Assembly: GCA_965223425.1 (NCBI GenBank)
Contig: OZ245003.1
Location: 960,001-1,024,000 of the forward strand
Direction of reading: 5' to 3'
DNA from: Nitrosopumilus sp.
GTDB lineage: Archaea; Thermoproteota; Nitrososphaeria; Nitrososphaerales; Nitrosopumilaceae
DNA length: 64,000 nt
Shown here: piece after piece, positions 8,972 to 19,900 of the stretch
Position numbering within the stretch: the stretch's first letter is position 1
Layout: each line of letters opens with the position of its first letter
The notes under the pieces: generated by a model
What the model was told of the DNA's origin: nothing
What the model saw: the letters and a program-made list of their open reading frames with translations, nothing else
Database searches by the model: none
Translations under genes and position numbers: made by a program

Positions 8972-11900
8972 TTGCCAAAGAATGAATCGTTAAAGAAAAT
9001 TCTTGTGCTGGGAAGCGGGGCTATCAAGATTGGGGAAGCTGGAGAATTTGATTACTCTGGAAGCCAATGCCTCAAAGCAATACGTGAAGATGGACTGAAA
9101 AGCGTGCTAATCAATCCAAACATTGCAACAATTCAGACTGATACCAGGTTTGCAGATCAGGTGTATCTTCTCCCAGTAAACCCTGAGTATGTGGAATCCA
9201 TTATCGAAAAAGAAAGACCAGATGGGATTATGCTGGCATATGGCGGACAGACTGCACTGAACTGTGGTGTTAAACTGGAGGAATCTGATATTCTTAAAAA
9301 GTATGGTGTCGGCGTTCTTGGAACTCAGGTAAAAGGTATTCAGAGTACTGAGGATAGGCAGCTTTTCAAGGACTCTATGAAGGAGGCAGGCGTGCCTGTA
9401 CTTAAAAGTAAAACAGTTACAAATTTTGATGATGCCAAAAAGGCAGCAGAAGCACTACGCTATCCAGTCATTATTCGAGTAGCCTATACGCTTGGTGGAC
9501 GGGGAGGGGGCGTTGCCCATAATGAAATTGAACTTCACGAGATTGTGGAGCGAGGCCTCAAGGCAAGCCTTGTTGGCCAAGTTCTAATTGAAGAATACAT
9601 TGGACACTGGAAACAAATTGAATATGAAGTAATGCAAGACTATGATGGAAACAACGTAATTGTCTGTAATATGGAAAATGTTCTTTCAATGAAAGTTCAT
9701 ACCGGTGATAACATTGTAGTTGCCCCCTCACAAACAATTGATAATCATGAATACCACATGTTGCGTTCTGCAGCACTACGTGCAACAAAACATGTTGGAA
9801 TAGTAGGCGAATGCAATATTCAATATGCGCTAGATCCTGATTCGGATAGATACGTTGCAATTGAAATTAATCCCAGGCTTTCACGTTCTTCAGCTTTAGC
9901 TAGTAAAGCAACTGGTTATCCGCTTGCATACATGTCTGCAAAAATTGGATTAGGATATAATTTGTCAGAATTAGTAAATAGAATTACTAAGAGTACTACT
10001 GCATGTTTTGAACCTTCCCTTGACTATATAGTATGCAAACATCCTAGATGGGATTTTGCAAAGTTTGAACTTGTGAACCGAAAACTTGGCCCTACAATGA
10101 AATCAGTTGGTGAAGTAATGGCAATCGGTAGGACATTTGAGGAGTCACTCCAAAAATCAATTCGAATGTTAGATATTGGAAACGATGGACTGGTTCTAAA
10201 CCGTTCTAATGGAAAGACCTACACTGAAGAGGAAATTGAAAGCAAACTTTCTCATCATGATGATCTAATTTTGTACAATGTGGCAGTCGCATTAAAAATG
10301 GGAATTTCAGTTGAGAGAATTTACAAACTCTCCACAATTGATCCTTGGTTTGTCGAAAAAATAAAAAATATAATAGATATTGAATCAAAATTAAAAGATT
10401 CTGAGCTTGACGAGTCTCTTTTATGGAAAGCCAAAAAAATGGGTTTTTCAGACAAGCAGATTGCCCGCTCTAAAGACAAAACCCCTGATGATGTGCGTGA
10501 TTTACGCAAGAAATTAGGCGTTTTGCCTTCTGTTAAGCAAATTGACACGCTTGCAGCTGAATGGCCTGCAGTCACTAACTATCTGTATCTGACATATGGT
10601 GGATATTCTCATGATATTGAGGTTTCATCAGATGAGAAGGGAATCGTTGTTGTTGGAGCCGGACCTTATAGAATTGGAAGCAGCGTGGAATTTGATTGGG
10701 GTACTGTGAACATGGTTTGGGGTCTACAAGAAAATGGTGAAAAAAATATCTCAGTGGTTAACTGCAATCCTGAAACCGTGTCGACTGACTATGATATTTG
10801 TACGCGACTATATTTTGAGGAACTGACTCAAGAACGACTCTTAGATATCACTGAATTTGAAAACCCTAAGGGCGTTATTACCTGTGTTGGAGGTCAAACT
10901 GCAAACAATCTGACTCCTGGCCTTGCACAACATGGCATCAATATTATGGGAACTAGTGCAGATGATGTTGACCGAGCAGAAGATCGCTCAAAGTTTAGTG
11001 CAGAACTTGACAAACTGCACATCCAACAACCACGTTGGCAAGCATTTTCAAGTCTTAATGAGGCAAAAAACTTTGCACAAGAAGTTGGATTTCCTGTAAT
11101 TGTTCGACCATCTTATGTTCTGTCAGGTGCTGCAATGAAAGTTGTTTGGTCTCAAGACGAATTAAAAACATATGTTAAAGAAGCCACTGATGTTTCACCT
11201 GATCACCCGGTTGTGATATCAAAATTCATGCTAAATTCGCTTGAAGTAGATGTTGATGGAATCAGCAACGGAAAAGAAGTTGTTATTGGTGCAATAGTTG
11301 AACACATTGACAGTGCTGGTGTCCACTCTGGTGATGCAATGATGTGTATTCCGCCATGGCGGCTGAATAATAAAATTATTGAAACCATAAATGATTATAC
11401 AAAAAAGATTGCGTTGACTTTTAATGTCAAGGGCCCATTTAATCTGCAATTTTTAATTCATGATAATCACGTTTATGTAATTGAGCTGAACATTCGGGCA
11501 TCACGTTCCATGCCGTTTGTTTCAAAACTTGTCAAAACAAACCTGATTTCCCTTGCATCTAAGGCCATCTTGGATAAACCATTGCCTAAAATACCTGAAA
11601 ACAAGTGGCAAAAAATTCACAACTATGGAATCAAAGTTCCGCAGTTTTCTTTCATGCAGTTAGATGGTGCTGATATTGCTTTAGGCGTTGAGATGCAGTC
11701 TACTGGTGAGGCCGCATGTTTTGGCAATAGTTTCTATGACGCACTATCAAAAGGATTGACGTCTGTTGGTTACAACTTGCCTGATAAAGGAACTGCGCTA
11801 GTAACTGTTGGCGGAGCAACAAACAAAGAAAAACTTGTTACAACCATTGCTAAACTCAAACATCTTGGATTCAAAATTTTGGCTACTGAGCATACTGCAG

Positions 11901-12214
11901 AATTTTTTGAAGAAAAAATTGGACAAATAGAAATTGTTCACAAAATTTCAGAGCCTGAGCGAAAACCAAACATATCTGATCTTCTTTATGAGCGAAAGAT
12001 TGACTTTATCATAAACATCCCTAGTACTTTGTCTTTAGAAAAATATGTTGGAATGCTGGATGATGAATATCAAATTCGCCGAAAGTCTTTGGAATTGGGA
12101 ATTCCTGTATTGACTACAATTGAATTGGCAGACTCTTTTGTGAAAACTTTGGAATGGTTAAAGGATAATCAAACCACCAAAGATCCAATCGAGTCTTATG
12201 ATAAAATAGAATAA
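8972..12214 (+). CDS. carB: Carbamoyl-phosphate synthase large subunit
   Basis: GSGAIKIGEAGEFDYSG, duplicated ATP-grasp halves, EINPRLSRSSALASKATG, C-terminal MGS domain. Confidence 0.97.
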   Translation: MPKNESLKKILVLGSGAIKIGEAGEFDYSGSQCLKAIREDGLKSVLINPNIATIQTDTRFADQVYLLPVNPEYVESIIEKERPDGIMLAYGGQTALNCGVKLEESDILKKYGVGVLGTQVKGIQSTEDRQLFKDSMKEAGVPVLKSKTVTNFDDAKKAAEALRYPVIIRVAYTLGGRGGGVAHNEIELHEIVERGLKASLVGQVLIEEYIGHWKQIEYEVMQDYDGNNVIVCNMENVLSMKVHTGDNIVVAPSQTIDNHEYHMLRSAALRATKHVGIVGECNIQYALDPDSDRYVAIEINPRLSRSSALASKATGYPLAYMSAKIGLGYNLSELVNRITKSTTACFEPSLDYIVCKHPRWDFAKFELVNRKLGPTMKSVGEVMAIGRTFEESLQKSIRMLDIGNDGLVLNRSNGKTYTEEEIESKLSHHDDLILYNVAVALKMGISVERIYKLSTIDPWFVEKIKNIIDIESKLKDSELDESLLWKAKKMGFSDKQIARSKDKTPDDVRDLRKKLGVLPSVKQIDTLAAEWPAVTNYLYLTYGGYSHDIEVSSDEKGIVVVGAGPYRIGSSVEFDWGTVNMVWGLQENGEKNISVVNCNPETVSTDYDICTRLYFEELTQERLLDITEFENPKGVITCVGGQTANNLTPGLAQHGINIMGTSADDVDRAEDRSKFSAELDKLHIQQPRWQAFSSLNEAKNFAQEVGFPVIVRPSYVLSGAAMKVVWSQDELKTYVKEATDVSPDHPVVISKFMLNSLEVDVDGISNGKEVVIGAIVEHIDSAGVHSGDAMMCIPPWRLNNKIIETINDYTKKIALTFNVKGPFNLQFLIHDNHVYVIELNIRASRSMPFVSKLVKTNLISLASKAILDKPLPKIPENKWQKIHNYGIKVPQFSFMQLDGADIALGVEMQSTGEAACFGNSFYDALSKGLTSVGYNLPDKGTALVTVGGATNKEKLVTTIAKLKHLGFKILATEHTAEFFEEKIGQIEIVHKISEPERKPNISDLLYERKIDFIINIPSTLSLEKYVGMLDDEYQIRRKSLELGIPVLTTIELADSFVKTLEWLKDNQTTKDPIESYDKIE

Positions 12215-12439
12215 TTTTAAAAAACATCAAACATAACTACACTAACAGTTAACGTGGCAGAAAAATTCTCAGATGATGAACCTGGCTAGGTATTAAGCAA
12301 CATGTATCAAAAAGTTCAAGACAACAAAAGCACAGATCAAAAAAAGAGCAAAACAAGTAATATATACAGGCCGTGAAGAAAATTATGAGATTAATCTAAA
12401 TTACGTAATGAAGAATTTTTTCTAAACTCAGAACTATAC

Positions 12440-13687
12440 CAGCTAAGCGAAATCTGCTCTAATTCGGGCCAAATCGGCTACAAAATGCAAACAGATCAAT
12501 GAGGGTACGACCCCATGATTTCTGTTGTTCACACAAAAAACCAGACAGGGCCGCGAACTGTTAAACAATCCACGCATATATGAAGACGTTGCAGACGGCG
12601 CCAAAAACATGCTTGCATGCGCCAACACATCAGACAGGTACAACGCAACGTTTGGACCAGATGATCTGAACTGCGGCATGCTAAAGGCTGCCACCATGAT
12701 TCTTCTGTAGCAGATGCGCAAAGGCGAAGGCACAAACGCTGCAGTACCCCGTCTGACAGGTGGATTGCATCGGCAATCAAGGGAATTGAGCAGGATGCAA
12801 TCCAGCACACGCTTGAAGGCCAGATAGCAAGGCATCTTGAAACCCTCAAAAGACTGGGCAGGTTTCCAAAAAAAGGACTGGACATGGCAATCGACTTGCA
12901 CCTCATACCGCGCTATGACAGGGTACCGGGGGCGGAGCTGACACGTTCCAAATACAAGAACGGAACCAAATACTTTGAGCGTTACATGAGTCCAGTGCGT
13001 AAATGACAAGATGCGTATCGTTCTTGCCGCATCATACCTGAAGATGCTTGAATCCGTGCCTGATTACGTGGATGCCGTCCTCAAAACCATGGCAGGGATG
13101 GGGGCATCAGGATACACCTGGCGTTGCTTGACCGTGAGTTCTTCTCAGTTGATGCGATAAGCAAGCTGCAGGAAAACAACGTAAAGTTTCTGATGCCGTG
13201 CAGGAACACGTACAACGTGGTGGCCGCCTGCGAGAGTTTGCACAGGGGAAAAGAGGAAAGATCTCAGGGAACGTAATTGAAAACAACCTGGGTTCTGCTG
13301 CTGAATATTCCATGATAATAACTGACAGAAAAAAGGCCAAAGACTCTGATGACCCAGAGGGAGGTATACATCGGGTTTGCAACAAACCATCCCGCAGTCA
13401 GGATCGAGGTCTATGCCAAAAGATGGGGGATAAAGATGAGTACGGCAAAATCGAGGAGTGCAGGGCCAAGACACGGATCACAGACATGGAATCGCGGATG
13501 CTGTGCTTTTACCATTCTCGGGTATTGTACAATGAATGGGTGATTGTCAGGGCACTGCTTTCTGATGGCACTGAAAGGCAGAGTGTCATGGCCATGCTGA
13601 CGTTTAAGGTGCAGCTGGAATCGCTTCCCATACGCCAATCCAAACCGCCTACATGATCTCAGGCTTGGGACACATTTCGCTTAGCTG
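12440..13687 (+). mobile_element. ISH3-family insertion sequence (decayed)
   Basis: Perfect 14-bp TIRs at 12440-12453 and 13674-13687 around a fragmented DDE transposase. Confidence 0.88.
12516..13656 (+). pseudogene. ISH3-family DDE transposase pseudogene, multiple frameshifts
   Basis: Motifs in shifting frames: MAIDLHLIPRYD, LTRSKYKNGTKYFERY, LLDREFFSVD, YIGFATN, YAKRWGI. Confidence 0.85.
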
Positions 13688-13694
13688 ACCTCTG

Positions 13695-13711
13695 AAAAAA
13701 ATATATAAATA
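13695..13711 (+). promoter_or_regulatory. Putative BRE/TATA promoter for the giant gene
   Basis: A-tract followed by TATATAAAT just inside the IS right end, about 210 nt upstream of the TTG start. Confidence 0.35.
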
Positions 13712-13920
13712 CCAAAACAAAAGCATCAAGTTGTTGAGTCACACCTTTCAGTTATCTGCTTTCAAGAAGCCGTCGCTAGCCGTATTGCGCTTATGTCATT
13801 CCTGCAGTAATCTTGCCTTCCCTGCCACAATGTTGCCTGACATCGGGGGGGGGGGTGGAGGAAGGATTAGCAGCAGCAGTAATGGTATTGGGAGAAGGAG
13901 AGTACAGGAGAGTCTGACAG

Positions 13921-16900
13921 TTGCGACGATTGATAAAACCGCCGTTGCTTGCAACGACAACAACGACAGCAGCAGCAATAGCGGCACTTGTTCTTCTGAT
14001 TCCCCTTTGCATTCCCCTTGCTGATGCTGCGATAGATTCGCCTGTTCCAGTCGCCTCCTTTGATGACGGAGACACCGTCACAGTCGGCATGACAAACAAG
14101 ACATTTGACGAGCTTGACCAAGCACATGACATCACCACGGTAAGGATAGGCACCGGCACGTACGCCCTGGTCGTATCATTAACTGACTCAGGTGTCCAGA
14201 TAATAGACATTACAGATCCCGCAAGCCCCGTCCCGACTGCCTCCTTTGAGGACGGGGACACAGTCGAAGTCGGCGGGACAAACAAGACATTTGACAAGCT
14301 TTTCAACGGACGGGACATCACCACGGTAAGGATAGGCTCCAGTACCTACGCCCTGGTCGCAGCAACCCTTGACCACGGCGTCCAGATAATAGACATTACA
14401 GATCCCGCAAACCCCGTCCCGACTGCCTCCTTTGAGGACGGGGACACAGTCGAAGTCGGCATGACAAACAAGACATTTGACGAGCTTAGGCAACCATATG
14501 GCATCACCACGGTAAGGATAGGCTCCAGTACCTACGCCCTGGTCGCAGCAAACCTTGATGACGGCGTCCAGATAATAGACATTACGGATCCCGCAAGCCC
14601 CGTCCCGACTGCCTCCTTTGAGGACGGGGACACAGTCGAAGTCGGCGGGACAAACAAGACATTTGACGAGCTTGATGGCGCACGGGGCATCACCACGGTA
14701 AGGATAGGCTCCAGTACCTACGCCCTGGTCGCAGCATACTTTGATGACGGCGTCCAGATAATAGACATTACGGATCCCGCAAGCCCCGTCCCGACTGCCT
14801 CCTTTGAGGACGGGGACACAGTCGAAGTCGGCGGGACAAACAAGACATTTGACGAGCTTGGGAAAGCATTTGGCATCACCACGGTAAGGATAGGCTCCAG
14901 CACCTACGCCCTGGTCGCAGCATACGTTGATGACGGCGTCCAGATAATAGACATTACGGATCCCGCAAGCCCCGTCCCGACTGCCTCCTTTGAGGACGGG
15001 GACACAGTCGAAGTCGGCGGGACAAACAAGACATTTGACGAGCTTGATGGCGCATTTGGCATCACCACGGTAAGGATAGGCTCCAGTACCTACGCCCTGG
15101 TCGCAGCATACTTTGATGACGGCGTCCAGATAATCAACATTACGGATCCCGCAAGCCCCGTCCCGACTGCCTCCTTTGAGGACGGGGACACAGTCGAAGT
15201 CGGCGGGACAAACAAGACATTTGACGAGCTTGATGGCGCACAGGGCATCACCGTAGTGGATATAGGTGCCAGCACCTACGCCCTGGTCGCATCATACGTT
15301 GATGACGGCGTCCAGATAATAGACATTACCAATCCCGCAATAGATCCCCCCAGGTTCGTCTCAGCCGAACTAGACGAATTAACTGGTGTGCTGAGCGTCA
15401 CCTTTGACAAGACAATCGACGCATCCAGCGTCGATGCCACAATGTTCCACATAAGAGAGCCCGAATCCATCACGGGAGGAGTGACCCTGTCTGCACCGGA
15501 GCTTGACACTGCCGCTATTGCTACTACTGACGGCACCGCGCTCTCATTTACGCTGACTGGCCCGAACCGCGACGCAGTCATCGCGCTAGATGACCCGCAG
15601 CTGGAGATAGGGGAGGGCGCCGTGGCCGACGCCAATGGCACCAAGATAACTGCAGCCTTTGATATACGGACTGCCAGGTTCGCCGAGTCTTTTGCTTTTG
15701 GGACGATAGATAATGGTGCCAGAGCCATCGCCTTCTCAAATGACGGCCTGAGGATGTTCCTGGCAGGCATCAATGGTGATTCTAACGCATACCAGTACGC
15801 CCTGCCTGCGGCATTTGACGTGTCAGGTGCCAGCCTTACCCGCTCTGTTACGCTTTCAGACGCTCCTTTCATAAACGGAATCGCCTTCTCAAATGACGGC
15901 CTAAGAATGTTTACGGTCAATAGGTTAACTGATACCGTATACCAGTACGACCTGCCTACAGCATTTGACGTGTCAGGCGCCAGCCTTGCTCAATCCCTCA
16001 ACATCCAATCTCAGCAGACAGGCCCAACTGACGTCGCCTTTTCAAACGACGGCCACAGTATGTTCGTGATAGGGGCTTTCGAATATAAGATAGACCGGTA
16101 CGACCTGCCTACAGCATTTAACGTGACAGGCGCCGAACACGTCGGCGTTTTCTCATTAGAACAAAGGATAGAGGGTAATGTGTATGGCCTTACCTTCTCA
16201 AACGACGGCCACAGGATGCTCGTTACATATGGACTGGGGGACTTCGCAACCAACGACTACAAATCCGTACACCAGTACGATCTGCCTGCAGCATTTAACA
16301 CGACAGGCGCCAGCCTTGTCGGCACCTTTGACCTCTCTCCACATGCGCCGAGATTGAGAGGCACCGCCTTCTCAAATGACGGCCTTGGGATGTTCAATAT
16401 AGACTCCTCTAACAGTACCGTACACCGGTACGACCTGAGGCTGCTCTACGACATAAACAGGCAGCCAGTCGCAGAGGCAGGCCCAAACCAGCACGTGCAG
16501 GAAAGAGACACGGTGACCCTTGACGGGACCAACTCGGCGGATCCTGATGACGGCGACACCACCCTGACGTACTCGTGGTCCCAGACATCCGGCTCCCCTG
16601 CCGTATCCCTGACAAACGCCAACACAACAAGCCCCACATTCACTGCACCGCAAACCGGCAGTACTGCCGCCCTAGAGTTCACGCTTACGGCAAGCGACTC
16701 CTCCTTGTCAAACGGCACTGACACGGTAACTGTCACAGTCTACGACGACCAGACAGTCTTTGCCAGGTCTGCCACGTACTATGAAAACCACGGCATCCTC
16801 GGCATAACCTTCAACAGGGACATCGATAGACTGCCAGGTATTTTATTTGACTTGTTTTCTATCCGCGAGTCCGGCTCTAATTCTGGCGGCTCGGATCTTG

Positions 16901-19900
16901 CCTCCTCTGAATGGCTGGAAAACACGGCAGCGCGCAGCACGATGATCTTCATGCTTGACCCGTCCACGGATGACGCAGTCAGGGCTTTGACATCCCCGCT
17001 GATTGACATAGAGGCTTTTGCCGTGTCTGGCACAAATGGCATCCCATTTATGTACGACCAAGTCGAACTGCCAGTCGTCAAAAGCGGCGCATTTCTTCCG
17101 CGGGTAACCACTGCTGTTGCCTCGGCCCAAAGCGAGATCACCGTGCGCTTTTTGTCCAACGTCGACACGGACATAACCAACGGCACGGGATGGTTCGTGG
17201 GCGCCTCCGTGGACGTGGGCCTGGAAGAAAACCTTGCCGTAGAGTCAAACTCGGATCCCGGCGGGATGACAGACACCATGACGCTTGCGCTAAACGGCTC
17301 GCTGCCAACAGGATTCAGGTCAGGTGCCATCTTCCTTGACTACCAGAGGCCGTCTGATGACGGCACCGGCATCTTCAACGGCACCGAATACCTGGGCAGC
17401 ACCAACCGCATCTTGCTAACTGACGGCATACCACCGGTAATAGTCAATGCCAGCGCAGCTTCTCCAACTGCCACGTCAATAACCCTGACCTTCTCAGAGA
17501 GGATCACAGGCAAGTCTGATGCCGAAAGCTTTTCGCTCTCGCGTACGGCAGACAGCGCCACCACGACGCCGGTGCCTGCAGTGGTGTCGCAGGTGGAAGC
17601 CGGCTCATCCCCCACCATCACGCTTAACCTTAACGGCACCATCGGCAACAACGACCTGGTTATCGGCTACAACCGGGATCTGGGAGGCGACAGCAGCATG
17701 GCAGACATTGCAGGCAACCCCGTGGCAAGCTTTGCAGACATACCGGTGGCCACGCCGCCTGCGGATCCCGTTCTGCCGCCACCACCGGAAGACGACAGCT
17801 ACGCGATAGATTCGCCTGTTCCAGTCGCCTCCATCACTGAAGGCCAGACCCATTCTAACGGCAAGACATTTGACGAGCTTGACGGCCCACGGGACATCAC
17901 CACCGTGGATATAGGTACCAGTACCTACGCCCTGGTCGTATCAGACCGCGAGCTCACTCCTTTCAACGGCGTCCAGATAATCAACATTACCAATCCCGAA
18001 AACCCTGCCCCCGTCGCCTCTATCACTGACGGCCAGACCCATTCTAACGGGAAGACGTTTGACGAGCTTAGCGGCCCACGGGGCATTACCACAGTAACTA
18101 TCGGCACCAGTACCTACGCCTTGGTCACAGCATACTTTGACCAAGGCGTCCAAATAATCAACATTACCAATCCCGCAAAACCCGTCCCGACAGCCTCCTT
18201 TGATGACGGGGACACCGTCCCAGTCGGCAATGCAACCCGGACATTTCACGAGCTTCGAGGTGCACAAGACATCACCACCGTAACTATCAGCACCAGCACG
18301 TACGCCCTGGTCACAGCAGGACTTGACGACGGCGTCCAAATAATCAACATTACCAATCCCGCAAAACCCGTCCCGACAGCCTCCTTTGATGACGGGGATC
18401 GCGTCACAGTAGACAATGCAAACAGGACATTTGACGAGCTTGACGGCGCACAAGCCATCACCACCGTAACTATCGGCACCAGCACGTACGCCCTGGTCGC
18501 AGCAGGATTTGACGACGGCGTTCAGATAATCGACATTACCAATCCCGCAAAACCCGTCCCGACAGCCTCCTTTGATGACGGGGATCGCGTCACAGTAGAC
18601 AATGCAAACAGGACATTTGACGAGCTTGACGGCGCACAAGCCATCACCACCGTAACTATCGGCACCAGCACGTACGCCCTGGTCGCAGCAGGATTTGACG
18701 ACGGCGTTCAGATAATCAACATTACCAATCCCGCAAGCCCCGTCCCGACAGCCTCCTTTGATGACGGGGATCGCGTCACAGTAGACAATGCAAACAGGAC
18801 ATTTGACGAGCTTGACGGCGCACAAGCCATCACCACCGTAACTATCGGCACCAGCACGTACGCCCTGGTCGCATCATTAGATGACGACGGCGTCCAGATA
18901 ATCGACATTACCAATCCCGCAAACCCCTTCCCGACAGCCTCCTTTGATGACGGGGACACCGTCAAAGTCGGCGGGACAAACAAGACATTTGACGAGCTTG
19001 ACGGCGCACGGGCCATCACCACCGTGGATATAGGTTCCAGCACGTACGCCCTGGTCGCATCACTCACTGACAACGGCGTCCAGATAGTCGGCATCTCGTC
19101 AAGATCTATTACAAACCAGCCCACTGTAGCCCCAACCCTCGTATCTGTTGAAAGGCACGACCCTGCCACACAGAGCACAAACGATACCACCCCGACCTTC
19201 AGGGCAACCTTCAGCAAGGCAGTAACCAACGTGGACACATCAGACTTTGAGACCGCAGGTGATGCCACAGCGACAGTCTCTGCTGTCACCCCGGTATCTG
19301 ATACGGTATACCACGTGGAGGTAAACGTGACTGCAGACGGCATAGTCAACCTTGGCATTGATGCAGGACACAACATCCAAGATGCCGCAGGCAACTCCCT
19401 GTCCGGTACTGAGCCTACCGATACAGACGAGCCATACACCATAGATACTGCTCCGCCAACCCTCCTGGCCGTTACAAGGATACACCCTGCAGCAGAAAAC
19501 ACAAACGATCGCAACCCGATCTTCAGGGTCATATTCGGCGAGGCAGTCACCAACGTGGACAAGGAAGACTTTGAGACCTTGGGCAATGCCACTTCAACAG
19601 TCTCTTCGGCCACCCGCATATTTGATACCCAATACGACGTGCTGGTAACGGTAACTGCAGACGGCACGGTCAACCTTGGCATTGATGCAGGACACAACAT
19701 CACAGATGTTGCAGGCAACGCCCTGTCAGACACGACACCTACCGGAGCAAACGAGCCATACACCATAGATACCGTTCAGCCAACCATCCTGTCCATTAAA
19801 AGGCATAACCCCCTCACAGAAAACACAACTGATTCCACCCCGACCTTCAGGGTAACCTTCAGCGAGGAGGTACTTGAGGTGGACAAGCCAGACTTTGCGA

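Noticed and set aside
12215-12434. Possible decayed gene at the transposon insertion site (continuing 27238-27440)
   Set aside because: Only short stop-riddled frames; no family recognisable.
13830-13920. G11 tract (13845-13855) after ATG 13830 as a frameshift phase-variation switch for the giant gene
   Set aside because: The giant gene's frame has TGA at 13915-13917, just before its TTG start, so no tract length fuses ATG 13830 to it. An effect through the 5' UTR cannot be judged from sequence.
14029-19095. Repeat arrays as CRISPR or as diversity-generating retroelement TR/VR
   Set aside because: Units are 186-bp in-frame coding repeats without unique spacers, substitutions are not adenine-specific, and no cas or reverse transcriptase gene is in the window.
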